A DNA stretch of 64,000 nucleotides from Thermoanaerobaculia bacterium (GCA_044226625.1 JBGAGQ010000023.1:1-64000), one strand, 5' to 3'; counted from the first letter of the stretch, positions 49,842-60,517 are shown. Notes: generated by a model not told the origin, from the letters alone. A program made the numbers and translations.

Positions 49842-51536
49842 ATGCAAAATCCAGTGGGGATTCTTACGCGCGTGGGGCGCGTCGCGGGGCTGGCCGCCTT
49901 GGGAGTCGGCGCCCTTGCGCTGGCGTCGGCGATGCCGGCCCAAGCGGCGGATGCGGCCCCGGCCTGTAAGGTGTCGACGCGTCAACAGACGATCACCCGA
50001 ATGGGTCGGAGCCCGTTCGTGAAAGGTGGAGTGACCACCCGCGAGGGGCTCTCTGCCCTGTTCGTGGACCAGAAGGATGCCATTTCTTGCATCCTTGAGC
50101 AGCACGGAGTCGAGCGTTTGGAGGGAGCCCTCGCGCAGGCGGCAGGCGGCTCCGCGGTGACCGAGCGCGACCTGCGCTCCGACGAGTGCTTTGACTGGAT
50201 GGCCTGGAAGAACCGCAAGGGCGTTCCGATGAGCGGACCGCTCTGCCTGAAGGTGAAGAAGACCTACGGCGCCTACGAGGTGCCGGTCGACGAGATGATC
50301 TCCGAGACGCTTCCCGAGGTCCGCTGCGAGATCCAGGCGAGCGGCGACGCCTCGGCCAAGCCTCCGACTCTTAGCGCCAGCATCAACGGCAGCACCCCGG
50401 GGGCCACGGCGTCGTGGACCTCGACCAACGGCACCTCGGGCGAGCTCACCGGTCCCGGTCCCTGGCAGATGGAGTGGAAGGACCTGTGCACGGCGGACTA
50501 CACGTTCACGGTCAAGGACACCGACCAGGGAACCCAGACCTGGGTCACCCACACCTTCGTCGTGCCGAAGATCTGCGCCAACCTTTCCTATTCGGGCGTG
50601 AGCGCGCCGCGCACCGTGCCGGGCAAGAGTGACGAGTGCACGAGCAGCGTCGAGGTGAAGCGCTTCGTGCCGCCGCCGCCGGCGGTCACGTTGGCGGTGA
50701 CGCCCGATCGGGCCGAGACCGGTGAGGTGATCGTGGCGCAGTCGGCCGCGACGTCGGTCTGCTTGAAGTCGTGCGACGCCTTCGTCACCGACGGCAGCGG
50801 CGCGGAGATCGACCGCGCGGTTTGCAGCCCGTCGTGGGAGAAGATCTACCGCGTCCCGGGCATCTACACGTATCGCGCGAAGGCGGAAGACGCGATCGGC
50901 CAGACTGGCGAGGCGGGCCCGATTTCAGTTCGCATCCACCCGCGTTGGATCGTGCGCGGCTTCGGCGCGTTCGTCGATCCGAAGGACGATGTGGTGCGGA
51001 CCGACCGCTTCCGGACCCCGAGCCAGGTCGAGCGCACGTCGTGGCAGCTCGAGAAGGGCGTGGGCGTCGGCGCCACCGTCGAGCGTCGGTTCAGTGAGAT
51101 CGTGGGCCTCGAAGGGGGATTGATCCTGTCGCGCGTGCAGTCGTCGTTCAAGCTCGACCTGAACAGCGCCTGGGCGATCGCCAAGAAGAAGGTCGGATTC
51201 AACCTCCTGACCCTCGGCCCGAACTTCCACGTCATGCACGAGCCCGGCCGGGCCGACCTCTACATCGGTCCGTTCCTCGGCTACGCGTTCTTCAACGGCA
51301 AATCGTACGGGGTGCTCGGCGAGTCGCACAGCCGCGATCTCGACGACAAGCTCGGCTTCGGGCTCCAGCTCGGCCTCGACCTGCCGATCCATCGCGCGGC
51401 GAGCGGCATCTGGAACTTCCACACCGGCCTGCGCTACATGAAGCTCTCGACCGACGTCGACCTCGGCGTGAACGGCTCGAAGAGCATCGACGTCGATCCG
51501 CTAATGGCGTCGGCGGGCATCAGCTACTCCTTCTAA
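49842..51536 (+). CDS. Secreted Cys-rich/Ig-like protein fused to an OmpW-like outer-membrane beta-barrel
   Basis: Signal peptide and many Cys. 'YRVPGIYTYRAKAED' PKD-like segment. Alternating beta-strands ending 'DVDPLMASAGISYSF'. Confidence 0.7.
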   Translation: MQNPVGILTRVGRVAGLAALGVGALALASAMPAQAADAAPACKVSTRQQTITRMGRSPFVKGGVTTREGLSALFVDQKDAISCILEQHGVERLEGALAQAAGGSAVTERDLRSDECFDWMAWKNRKGVPMSGPLCLKVKKTYGAYEVPVDEMISETLPEVRCEIQASGDASAKPPTLSASINGSTPGATASWTSTNGTSGELTGPGPWQMEWKDLCTADYTFTVKDTDQGTQTWVTHTFVVPKICANLSYSGVSAPRTVPGKSDECTSSVEVKRFVPPPPAVTLAVTPDRAETGEVIVAQSAATSVCLKSCDAFVTDGSGAEIDRAVCSPSWEKIYRVPGIYTYRAKAEDAIGQTGEAGPISVRIHPRWIVRGFGAFVDPKDDVVRTDRFRTPSQVERTSWQLEKGVGVGATVERRFSEIVGLEGGLILSRVQSSFKLDLNSAWAIAKKKVGFNLLTLGPNFHVMHEPGRADLYIGPFLGYAFFNGKSYGVLGESHSRDLDDKLGFGLQLGLDLPIHRAASGIWNFHTGLRYMKLSTDVDLGVNGSKSIDVDPLMASAGISYSF

Positions 51537-51549
51537 ACTCGGCACCGGC

Positions 51550-51580
51550 CGCCGGGGGCGATCCCTTCTCGCCCCCGGCG
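51550..51580 (+). terminator. Rho-independent terminator
   Basis: CGCCGGGGGCGA-loop-TCGCCCCCGGCG followed by ATATTT. Confidence 0.75.
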
Positions 51581-51672
51581 ATATTTCCCTCCGCCGTTCC
51601 CTCCGCTTTGCAACCCATCCTGCCGGCGTCCGTACGCTCTACTCGAGCGAACGACTCCAAAGGAGGTCCTCC

Positions 51673-53148
51673 ATGCATCGCCGATTTCCGACCGCCGCCG
51701 CACTGCTCGCTGTCTTATCGACCCCGGGGTGGGCAGCCGATCCGGTTCCCGTTGCCCCCCGCCCCTGCAAGATCGAGAGCGTCGAAGGCTCGGTTCTCTG
51801 CGCGTCCTTCCCCGTCTGGGAGAACCGACAGACTCGAAAGGGCCGAAAGATTCCGATCAACGTCGTGATCCTTCCGGCCTCGAGCAACTCCGCGAGCAAA
51901 CCGAAAAAGCCCGATCCCATCTTCTATTTCGCCGGAGGCCCGGGCCAGGGGGCGACGACTACGGCCGAAGGGTGGGCGAAGGCTTCCGCGCTGCGGGCCG
52001 AGCGCGACATCGTGCTGGTAGACCAGCGCGGCACGGGCGGGTCGAACAGGCTCGATTGCCAACTGTTCGGCAATCCGATCGACTTGAAGCTCTTGGCCTC
52101 GACTTTCCTCGAGAAGAGCGCGGTGGAGGCCTGCCGGAAAGAGCTCGAGAAAAAGGCCGACCTCGCGCAGTACAACACCGAATACTCGGCCGACGACGTC
52201 GAAGAGGTCCGCCGATTCCTCGGTTACGGCAAGATCGACGTTTTCGGCGGCTCCTACGGTACGACCTCGTCCCAGGTCTTCATCCGGAGGCATCCAGGGT
52301 CGGTGCGGGCCGCGGTGCTCGACGGGCTCGCGCCGGTCGACGAGCCGATTCCCCTCCATCATGCGTCCGCCGGCCAGCGGGCGGCCGACCTGTTGTTCGC
52401 CGAGTGCGCCGCGGACGCCGCCTGTCACACGGCGTTTCCGGATCCGGGAGGGGAGCTCCAACGGGTGATGGCGAAGGTCGACGAGGGTATCGAAGTCGAG
52501 GTCCTCGATCCGCGAACCAAGGAGAAAGTGAAAGTCCGGCCGAATCGCGGCGTCGTGGCGGACGGCATCCGCCTCTTCCTGTACGGCGCAGAAGAGGACG
52601 GCAAGAATTCGTTGCCGCTGCGGATCCACCTCGCCGCCCAGGGGAACTACCGGCCGCTGGTCGAATCCGCGCTCCAGAGTCGGCTCTGGATCGACGAGGC
52701 CCTGGAGATCGGCATGTGGCTCTCGCTCACCTGTGCCGAAGACATCCCGCGGATCGATCCGAAGATCGTCGCCCGGGAGACCGCGGGAACCTACCTCGGC
52801 GACTATCGGATCCGCACCCAGATCGAGGCGTGCGAAGTGTGGCCGCGCGGCAAGGTCTCTCCGGGCTACTGGGACCTTGTCCGATCCGACGTTCCCGCGC
52901 TCCTGATCTCGGGCGAGCGCGATCCCGTGACTCCGCCCGCCTTCGGCGAAAGGGTCGCCGCGGGATTCCGGAACGGTCTCCACCTCGTCAAACCGCATGG
53001 CGGACACGGAGCGGACGACGAGTGCGTGGAGCGCATCACGCTCGACTTCTTGAATCGCGCCTCGACGAAGGGGCTGGATCTTTCGTGCTTGAAGGGGAGT
53101 GGACCGGCGAGGTTCGCGCTCGAGCTACCGAAGGAAGAAAGCCGATAG
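51673..53148 (+). CDS. Secreted alpha/beta hydrolase (TAP-like peptidase)
   Basis: 'GGPGQG', 'DQRGTG', 'GGSYGT', 'RDPVTP' and 'GGHG'. Confidence 0.88.
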   Translation: MHRRFPTAAALLAVLSTPGWAADPVPVAPRPCKIESVEGSVLCASFPVWENRQTRKGRKIPINVVILPASSNSASKPKKPDPIFYFAGGPGQGATTTAEGWAKASALRAERDIVLVDQRGTGGSNRLDCQLFGNPIDLKLLASTFLEKSAVEACRKELEKKADLAQYNTEYSADDVEEVRRFLGYGKIDVFGGSYGTTSSQVFIRRHPGSVRAAVLDGLAPVDEPIPLHHASAGQRAADLLFAECAADAACHTAFPDPGGELQRVMAKVDEGIEVEVLDPRTKEKVKVRPNRGVVADGIRLFLYGAEEDGKNSLPLRIHLAAQGNYRPLVESALQSRLWIDEALEIGMWLSLTCAEDIPRIDPKIVARETAGTYLGDYRIRTQIEACEVWPRGKVSPGYWDLVRSDVPALLISGERDPVTPPAFGERVAAGFRNGLHLVKPHGGHGADDECVERITLDFLNRASTKGLDLSCLKGSGPARFALELPKEESR

Positions 53149-53224
53149 GTCGGAGGAATCTCGGGCGGAGACGAGTCTCCGCCCGAGGCCCGCGCGGGCA
53201 GGGGCGAGGCGTTCCGAGAGCGGC

Positions 53225-53662
53225 CTAGAACGGAATGTCGTCGTCGTCGCCGCCGCCGTAGCTCGGCCCGTCGTCGTAGGAAGGGCCTCCGCCGGGGCTC
53301 GCGGAGTGGCTGCCGTGGTCCATGTCGCCGCCACCCTTGGTGCCGAGCATCTGGAAGTTGTCGCAGACGATCTCGGTCCGATATTTCTTCTCGCCGCTCT
53401 GCTTGTCGTCCCAGGAGCGGGTCTGGAGTCGCCCTTCGAGATAGATCTGCTTGCCCTTGGTGAGGTATTGCCCGGCGATCTCCGCCTGCTTACCCCACAC
53501 CACGATGTTGTGCCACTCCGTCTGCTCTTGGCGCTGGCCGCCTTTGTCGCGCCATCGGCGGGTCGTGGCGAGACTGAAGCTCGCGACCGGTTGGCCCGAG
53601 GGAGTGGAGCGCACCTCGGGGTCGCGGCCTAGATTGCCGATCAGGATCACTTTGTTGACCAT
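53225..53662 (-). CDS. ssb: Single-stranded DNA-binding protein
   Basis: '[16 protein letters not shown]', 'TEWH' and C-terminal DDDIPF. Confidence 0.97.
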   Translation of the reverse strand: MVNKVILIGNLGRDPEVRSTPSGQPVASFSLATTRRWRDKGGQRQEQTEWHNIVVWGKQAEIAGQYLTKGKQIYLEGRLQTRSWDDKQSGEKKYRTEIVCDNFQMLGTKGGGDMDHGSHSASPGGGPSYDDGPSYGGGDDDDIPF

Positions 53663-53781
53663 GGGGTTGGTCCTCCTTTGCTGCGAGTGAGTTACGGTAT
53701 CACAGGGCCTTCGGCGAGAGACCGCGGGCCGCGCCGTCGGCACGCCGCCGCCGGCTGACATTCCCAGAAAGACGGAAGACG

Positions 53782-54219
53782 ATGCGTTTGATCTTGCAAA
53801 GGGTCACCCGGGCCGCAGTGCGGGTCGCGGGAGAGACCGTCGGAGCGATCGACGGGGGCATCTTGGTCCTCGTCGGCGTCGAGCGCGGCGACGGGGCGAA
53901 GCAGGTCGCAACGGCGGTCGAGAAGCTCTCCGGCGTCCGCATGTTCGACGATCCGGCGGGCAAGATGAACCTCGATCTCGCGACCGTGGGCGGGGCGTTC
54001 CTGGTGGTCTCGCAGTTCACGCTCGCCGGATCGCTCGCCCGCGGCCGCCGGCCGTCTTTCGACGACGCCGCGCCCCCCGACTACGCGGCTCCGGTTGTCG
54101 AGGCGTTGATCGAGGGCCTACGTGGCCGCGGGCACCGGGTGGAGACCGGCCGGTTTCGAGCGGCGATGGAGGTCGAGCTCATCAACGACGGACCGGTGAC
54201 CTTCCTGCTCGAAATCTGA
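53782..54219 (+). CDS. dtd: D-aminoacyl-tRNA deacylase
   Basis: 'LQRV', 'VSQFTL' and 'NDGPVT'. Confidence 0.96.
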   Translation: MRLILQRVTRAAVRVAGETVGAIDGGILVLVGVERGDGAKQVATAVEKLSGVRMFDDPAGKMNLDLATVGGAFLVVSQFTLAGSLARGRRPSFDDAAPPDYAAPVVEALIEGLRGRGHRVETGRFRAAMEVELINDGPVTFLLEI

Positions 54220-54237
54220 GGAGGTCGCGCGCTCCTT

Positions 54238-54296
54238 ATTACACGGGCTCTTTTTGCCCGGGTGATATTGACTCCATGTTTCACCCGGGTAATACT
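54238..54296 (+). promoter_or_regulatory. Sigma-70-like promoter overlapped by CCCGGG-centred palindromic operators
   Basis: TTGACT (54268) and TAATAC (54290). Boxes ATTACACGGGCTCT, TTTGCCCGGGTGAT and TTCACCCGGGTAAT. Confidence 0.65.
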
Positions 54297-54351
54297 CCGC
54301 CGTCGATCGATCCCGAGGTTCCGTTCCGGGCTCGATTCCTGGGAGGAATCC

Positions 54352-55728
54352 ATGAAAGACCTGACGAAAGGGCCGATCTCCCGCCACATCCTGGAGATGG
54401 CGGCACCGATGGCGATCGGGATGCTGATCCAGACCTTCTATTACCTGGTCGACCTCTATTTCGTCTCGAAGCTGGGGGACGCCGCGATCGCCGGCGTGAG
54501 CGCCGGGGGGAGCGCGACCTTCGTCGTGCTGGGCCTGACGCAAATGCTCGGCGTGGGAACCGTGGCGCTGATCGCCCAGGCGGTAGGCCGGAAAGACGCG
54601 GCCGACGCGAACTTGGTGTTCAACCAGTCGCTCGTCCTGTCGGCGATCTGTGGCCTCGCGACCCTCATCGGGGGCTACGTCTTCACCGGCACTTTCATGG
54701 ACACTCTGGGAGCGGGCGCCGCGGCGACTTCAGCGGGAGTGACCTACCTGCACTATTTCGTCCCCGGCCTCGCGCTGCAGTTCGCCTTGATTGCGATGGG
54801 GTCGGCGCTCCGGGGCACCGGGATCGTCAAGCCGACGATGACCGTCCAGGTCCTGACCATTCTTCTCAACATCGTCCTCGCCCCGATCCTGATTGCCGGC
54901 TGGGGAACGGGCGTGCCTCTCGGGGTCGCCGGAGCGGGGCTGGCGACCTCGATCGCGGTCGGGATCGGCGTCGTGCTGATGGCGTTCTACTTCGCCCGTC
55001 AGGAGAAGTACGTCACGTTTCGCGCTGCCGAGTGGCGCCCGCGGCTGGAGACCTGGAAGCGCATGCTCGCGATCGGCCTGCCGGCAGGCGGCGAGTTCAT
55101 GCTCATGTTCGTCTACATGTCGGTGATCTTCCGGATCATCCGCGACTTCGGCCCGGCGGCCCAGGCGGGTTTCGGGGTCGGTTCGCGGGTGATGCAGGCG
55201 ATCTTCCTGCCGGCGATGGCGATCGCCTTTGCGGCGGCGCCGATCGCCGGTCAGAACTTCGGCGCCCGTCAACCGGCGCGAGTGCGCGAGACGTTCCGCA
55301 CCGCGGCGCTGCTCGGCAGCGCCGTCATGTTTGCGCTTACGCTGGTCTGTCAATGGCGCCCCGAGGTCTTCGTGCTCGCATTCACCCGGGAGCCGGAGGT
55401 GGTCGCCGTGGGGGCCCAGTTCCTCCGTTTCATCTCGTGGAACTTCGTCGCGTCGGGGTTGATCTTCACCTGCTCTGGAATGTTCCAGGCTCTGGGCAAC
55501 ACCTGGCCGTCCCTGATCAGCTCGGCCACCCGGCTGCTGACGTTCGCCCTGCCCGCGCTTTATCTGTCACGCCAGCCGGGGTTCCACATCGAGCAGGTTT
55601 GGTACCTCTCGGTCGCGACCGTGGCGGCCCAGGTGGTCTTGAGCCTGCTCCTCGTGCGCGTGCAGCTGCGGAAGAAGCTGGGCCCCGTATCGAACGAACC
55701 CGAGAACCTCCAGGGGGTGGCTGCATGA
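54352..55728 (+). CDS. MATE family efflux transporter
   Basis: 'MKDLTKGPI', 'YLVDLYFVSKLG', 'LGVAGAGLAT' and 'GQNFGA'. Confidence 0.92.
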   Translation: MKDLTKGPISRHILEMAAPMAIGMLIQTFYYLVDLYFVSKLGDAAIAGVSAGGSATFVVLGLTQMLGVGTVALIAQAVGRKDAADANLVFNQSLVLSAICGLATLIGGYVFTGTFMDTLGAGAAATSAGVTYLHYFVPGLALQFALIAMGSALRGTGIVKPTMTVQVLTILLNIVLAPILIAGWGTGVPLGVAGAGLATSIAVGIGVVLMAFYFARQEKYVTFRAAEWRPRLETWKRMLAIGLPAGGEFMLMFVYMSVIFRIIRDFGPAAQAGFGVGSRVMQAIFLPAMAIAFAAAPIAGQNFGARQPARVRETFRTAALLGSAVMFALTLVCQWRPEVFVLAFTREPEVVAVGAQFLRFISWNFVASGLIFTCSGMFQALGNTWPSLISSATRLLTFALPALYLSRQPGFHIEQVWYLSVATVAAQVVLSLLLVRVQLRKKLGPVSNEPENLQGVAA

Positions 55729-56348
55729 GCGCCGAATCGAATCCTTCTTCGTCCCCTTCTTCGGGGCCCACGTGCACCGCGTTCCTCGGCTCGGAGCGCG
55801 TCGCCTCGGGCGATCTGCGCTCGGTCGCGGCCGAGGTCAAAGCTCGCGTCGACCGGGACGCTCCCGCTCCGCTCCTCGTCTTCGACGACGTGACGAGCCG
55901 TCCGATCGAGCTCGACCTGCGCGGATCGCTCGACGAGGTCCTCGCCCGACTCCCGGAGGAGAGGCCGGAGGGGGCCGGAGAGGAGCGAGCCGAGGCTCGC
56001 ACCCCCGGCCGGCCGAAGCTCGGGGTGGTCGCACGCGAGGTGACGCTGTTGCCGCGGCACTGGGAATGGTTGGCGACTCAGCCCGGGGGGGCTTCGGTCA
56101 CCCTGCGCAAGCTCGTCGAGGCGGCGAAGAAGACCAGCGCGGAGGAGGATCGCATCCGGTTGCGCCGGGACGCGGCCTACCGTTTCATGTCGGCTATCGC
56201 CGGCAACGAGATCGGTTTCGAGGAGGGGATCCGGGCTCTCTTCGCTGGGCAAAGGGACGCCTTCGAGCGCTCGCTCGCCGCCTGGCCGTCCGACGTGGCC
56301 GACCACGCTCGATCTCTTGCCGAGGGGTCGTTTTCTCCAGAGGAGTGA
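55725..56348 (+). CDS. DUF2239 family protein
   Basis: 'GRPKLGVVAREVTLLPRHWEWLATQPGGASVTLRKLVE'. ATGA overlap with the MATE gene. Confidence 0.88.
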   Translation: MSAESNPSSSPSSGPTCTAFLGSERVASGDLRSVAAEVKARVDRDAPAPLLVFDDVTSRPIELDLRGSLDEVLARLPEERPEGAGEERAEARTPGRPKLGVVAREVTLLPRHWEWLATQPGGASVTLRKLVEAAKKTSAEEDRIRLRRDAAYRFMSAIAGNEIGFEEGIRALFAGQRDAFERSLAAWPSDVADHARSLAEGSFSPEE

Positions 56349-56356
56349 AGCCTGCG

Positions 56357-59300
56357 TTACGGCGCGAGGACGGTGGGACCGTCGGTTTTCCCGTCCCGCG
56401 GGGCGCCGCCGAAACGCCAGGCCATTTCGGGCATCAGGATCAGGTTGAGCAGAGTCGAGGTCGCGAGGCCGCCGAGAACCGCCACCGCCATGGGCCCCTC
56501 GATCTCGTGCCCGGGGCGGCGAAGGCCAAGGGCGAGCGGAACGAGGCCCAGCGCGGTGACAAGGGCGGTCATCAGGATCGGTACCAGACGCTCGGCGGCG
56601 CCGCGGCGTAGAGTCTCGCGATTCCAGGGAGCCCCCTCGCGATCGACCAAATGCTCGAAATGGGCGAGCAGGAGGATCGAATTGCGCGCGCCGATCCCGA
56701 ACACCGTGACCAGGCCGACCAGGGCGCCGAGCGAGAGCCCAATGCCGGTCAGCCCGACCGCGAGAACGCTGCCGATCAGGCAGAACGGTAGGCCTGCGAG
56801 CACCAGCCAGGGATAGGTGCGACGGCGGAACGCCAGGAAAAGGATCAACAGGACGAGGGCGACCGCGAGGGCGGTGTCGGCGAGCAGCTCGCGCAGCGCG
56901 GCTTTCTCCGTCTCGGCGGCGCCGGCGAAGCTCAATTCGACCCCGGCGGGCAGACGGAGTGCGGCGAGCCGTGCTTTCGCCTCGGCGACGACGCGGTCGA
57001 ACGGCCGGCCGCCGACGTTGAAGGTCACCGCGACGCGGCGCCGGCCCCCTTCGTGCTGGATGCTCGCGCGCCCCTCGGCGAGCGACACCGCGGCGACACG
57101 GGAGAGAGGTACGCGACCCGAGGAGCTGGAGATCCAAAGGGCGGAGAGCTCGTCGAGTCGGCCGCGCCGGTCGGCCGGCAGGAGCAGGACGGCCCGCACG
57201 GTCCGTGCCCCGTCGAAGGTCTCGCCGACCTCCTGGCCCGCGTAGGCGGTCGAAATCACGTCGGTCACGTCTTCTGCGCGGAGGCCGTAGGTCGAGAGCG
57301 CGCGGGGATCGAGCGCGATCGAAAGGGTTGGAGTGCCGCTCGCCTTCTTGAGCTGCAGATCGACGACGCCGGGAACGCGCGCGAGCTCGCGGTAGACCGC
57401 TTCGGCCGCGAGGTCGAGGTCCTCGAGACGATCGCCCAGGACGAGCACCGCGACTTGGGCGGTCTCGCCGGTGAGGCTTTCACTGATCCGGTCGCCGAGG
57501 AAGGTGAGCACCTCGCCGCGAATGCCGGGATACGAAGCGACCACCTCGCGCAGGCGTTCCTGAACCGAGGTCTCGTCGATCCGTGCGCTCTTCTTGAGCT
57601 CTAGATGGAGCTCGCTCCGATCGGGTCCCCAGGTGTCTTCTCCGAGCTCGGCCCGGCCGACCTGTTGCTCGACCGTCGCGACGTAGGGAAGCTCGAGGAG
57701 CTCGCGGCTCAACCGTGCGCCGAGCGAGGTCATCTCGGCGAGCGAGGTGCCAGGGAGGCGGCTCGAGATCTGGAGCACGAAATGCCCCTCGCGGAACATC
57801 GGCAGCAACTCGCCGCCGAGCGACGGGAGCCAGACGAACGCTCCGGCCAGAGCCATGCCGAGCGCCACGACGAATCCCATGAACCGCAGTTCGGCGAGAG
57901 CCAGTACGCGAGCGTGGAGACGGGCGAGCCCGGCGAGCCAGCGGGGGGATCGTTGCCCCTTCGGCTCGGGCAAGAGGAGCGCGCAGAGCGCCGGCGTGAC
58001 GGTGAACGCGACGCCGAGTGAGGCGAGAACGGCCAGTGCGAACGCGAGCGCGAGCGGCCGGAGGAAACGTCCCTCGACTCCGGAGGCGAGGAGGACGGGA
58101 AGGAACGCGATCAGGACCACGAGCGTCGCAAAGAGAACCGCGCCGCGGATCTCGAGCGAGGCGTCGCGGATTACCGTCCATCGGGGGTGGGGCGTGGATA
58201 GCGCCTGATTTTCGCGCAGGCGGCGAAGGATGTTCTCGACGTCGATGATCGCATCGTCCACCAGGACGCCAAGGGCGACCGCGAATCCGCCGAGCGTCAT
58301 CGTGTTGAGCGTCTGGCCGAAATGGACGAGGACGGCGACCGCGGCCAGCAGCGAGAGCGGGATGGTGAGAAACGAGATCAGTGCCGAGCGTGGATCGCGG
58401 AGGAAGAGGAGGAGAACCGCGAAGATCAGGAAAGCGCCGATGCCGAGAGCGCCGCCCAGGTCTGCGAGGGCCCGCTCAATGAAGTTGGCCGGTCGATGAA
58501 GCGCGGGGTAGACGTCGATTCCGCCTGCCCTGAGCCGAGGCGTGATCTCCGCGAGCGCGGCCTCGACCCCCTCGGTCGCCTCGAGAGTGTTTGCGCCATA
58601 CTGTCCGGAGATCGAAAGGAGCACACCGGCCTGCCCCTGGACGTTGGCGTCGCCGACCTTCAGCTCTTCTCCCAGCGCGACGCGGGCCACGTCGCGCAAG
58701 CGGATGGCGGCTCCGGAACGGACCGCGACCACGGTCTCCGCGAGCGAGGCGGGATCGGGGCTCGGGGTTGGAGTCGAAATCGTGATCCGTTGCGCCGCGA
58801 GATCGACGAAGCCCGCGCCGCGGAGCGCGAGCGCGCCGCGCGCGGCGGCGGCGAGGTCGGAGAGGCCGAGGCCGTAGGCGGCCATGCGTTCGAAGTCGGG
58901 CAATATCTGGATCTGCCGCACGGAGCCGCCGTAGACGGTGATCCGCGCGACGCCCGGAACTGCGAGCAGTCGAGGCTTGAGCGTCCAATCCGCGAGGTCG
59001 CGTAGCTCGAACGCGTCGACACGGCTCGAGACCAGCCCCACTTTCAGGAGGTCCATGGTGCTCGACACGAGCGGCGAGACTTTCGGCGTGGAGATTCCCG
59101 CGGGAAGCTGGCCCGCCAGACTCGCGAGGCGCTCCGCGACCCCTTGCCGGGCCGCCTGCACGTCGCTCTCCTCGGCGAAGATCAACGTGACCACCGACAG
59201 GCCGGGAATCGATTCGGAGCGGATCGACGTGAGGCCCGGCGCGCCGTTGACCGCCGATTCGACCGGTCCGGTGACGAGCCGCTCGACCTGCTCCGGGGAG

Positions 59301-59467
59301 AGGCCGGGTGCTTCGGTTTGGATCGAGGCTTCCGGGGGCACGAACTCGGGAAAGACGTCGAGCGGGGCGCGCCGCGCGACGCCCGTGCCGATCCACAGCC
59401 CGATGAGGGTGAGCGCGGCGACCGCACCTCGATAGCGCAGGCTCCATTCGACCAGACGGCCGCCCAC
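56357..59467 (-). CDS. CusA/CzcA-like RND efflux permease
   Basis: 'LDVFPEF', 'GVLVDDAIIDVENI' and 'ERLVPILMTA'. Confidence 0.92.
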   Translation of the reverse strand: MGGRLVEWSLRYRGAVAALTLIGLWIGTGVARRAPLDVFPEFVPPEASIQTEAPGLSPEQVERLVTGPVESAVNGAPGLTSIRSESIPGLSVVTLIFAEESDVQAARQGVAERLASLAGQLPAGISTPKVSPLVSSTMDLLKVGLVSSRVDAFELRDLADWTLKPRLLAVPGVARITVYGGSVRQIQILPDFERMAAYGLGLSDLAAAARGALALRGAGFVDLAAQRITISTPTPSPDPASLAETVVAVRSGAAIRLRDVARVALGEELKVGDANVQGQAGVLLSISGQYGANTLEATEGVEAALAEITPRLRAGGIDVYPALHRPANFIERALADLGGALGIGAFLIFAVLLLFLRDPRSALISFLTIPLSLLAAVAVLVHFGQTLNTMTLGGFAVALGVLVDDAIIDVENILRRLRENQALSTPHPRWTVIRDASLEIRGAVLFATLVVLIAFLPVLLASGVEGRFLRPLALAFALAVLASLGVAFTVTPALCALLLPEPKGQRSPRWLAGLARLHARVLALAELRFMGFVVALGMALAGAFVWLPSLGGELLPMFREGHFVLQISSRLPGTSLAEMTSLGARLSRELLELPYVATVEQQVGRAELGEDTWGPDRSELHLELKKSARIDETSVQERLREVVASYPGIRGEVLTFLGDRISESLTGETAQVAVLVLGDRLEDLDLAAEAVYRELARVPGVVDLQLKKASGTPTLSIALDPRALSTYGLRAEDVTDVISTAYAGQEVGETFDGARTVRAVLLLPADRRGRLDELSALWISSSSGRVPLSRVAAVSLAEGRASIQHEGGRRRVAVTFNVGGRPFDRVVAEAKARLAALRLPAGVELSFAGAAETEKAALRELLADTALAVALVLLILFLAFRRRTYPWLVLAGLPFCLIGSVLAVGLTGIGLSLGALVGLVTVFGIGARNSILLLAHFEHLVDREGAPWNRETLRRGAAERLVPILMTALVTALGLVPLALGLRRPGHEIEGPMAVAVLGGLATSTLLNLILMPEMAWRFGGAPRDGKTDGPTVLAP

Positions 59468-60517
59468 TCAGGGTTCCTCTTCGGCAGCGTCGCCCAGCGT
59501 CGCTCCCACTTCGCGAGAGAGCAGCAAGCCCGCGCCTCGAACGACCACCGAGTCCCCGGGAGCGAAGCCGGTCGCCGCGAAGTAGCCGTCTCCCTCCGCC
59601 GCCGGGCCGTCGGTCCCCAGGGCGAGGGCGATGGGACGGCGAACGAAACGGCGCGCCCTGCCTTCCGACCCGGTCGCCACGAAGCACCAGGCGCCGCCGG
59701 CCGAGAGAACGACCGCACTCTCAGGGATCGATACGCCGCTCCGTCGAGTCGACAAGTCGGCAGTCGCCCGTAGCCGTTCCCCCGTCCGCGGCAGGTGGGG
59801 CCCTAAGAGGAGCGCAAAGAACGACGGTCCGGGAAGCGCGGGATCTTCGGCAGCGGGCCAGATCGCCTCGGCGACCGGCGCGCCTTTCGGGGCGGAGCCA
59901 GCCGGGGCCAGGCGTTCGAAGCGAAGCGTCGGAGTTCGCTCCGGCAACTCCGTGCCGAGGGGAAATTGCACGCGGGCGAGAACCGCTTTCCCGGCGGCGA
60001 GCCGGTCGAGCCAGCGCCGGCGCGTCGCGCCGTCCGTCAAGGGGGATCCCGAGGCACGAGGCCCCCAATCGAGCGCGAGGATCCGCTCCAGCCGCTCGAC
60101 CTGCGTTATGTCGGTTGTCCTTTGCCGGCGCGCCGCTTCGACCGCGGCGAGAGAAACGCTGGTCTGGTCGGCGTAGAGCGCCTCGGCGCGATCTAGAGCC
60201 GCCCCGCTCGCGGCGCTCGCCGCCTTGGCCGCGGCGAGGTCGGCGTCGAGGTCGGAGAGGGCCGCGACCGCGACGATCGTCGCCATACCCTCGGCCCGTG
60301 CCTGGCGTGCCGCCGGTTTCAGCTTCGCCAAGGCGAGCCCGAGGTGCTCCTGATCGGCCGCGCTCAGAACGATCCCCTCCGGTTCTGCCGCCGCGGCGGG
60401 CCGTTCCGCCGCGGATTTTCTGGGCTCAGACTCTTCTGCTGAATGGCCGCAGGAGCCGAACAGCACCAAGGCCAACAGCGCCATGGGCTTCCAAGGGGAG
60501 CCGGCTCCTTTTCTCAT
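59468..60517 (-). CDS. RND membrane fusion protein (lipoprotein)
   Basis: Lipobox LFGSC, alpha-hairpin, 'IPESAVV' and 'GDSVVVRGAGLL'. Confidence 0.8.
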   Translation of the reverse strand: MRKGAGSPWKPMALLALVLFGSCGHSAEESEPRKSAAERPAAAAEPEGIVLSAADQEHLGLALAKLKPAARQARAEGMATIVAVAALSDLDADLAAAKAASAASGAALDRAEALYADQTSVSLAAVEAARRQRTTDITQVERLERILALDWGPRASGSPLTDGATRRRWLDRLAAGKAVLARVQFPLGTELPERTPTLRFERLAPAGSAPKGAPVAEAIWPAAEDPALPGPSFFALLLGPHLPRTGERLRATADLSTRRSGVSIPESAVVLSAGGAWCFVATGSEGRARRFVRRPIALALGTDGPAAEGDGYFAATGFAPGDSVVVRGAGLLLSREVGATLGDAAEEEP

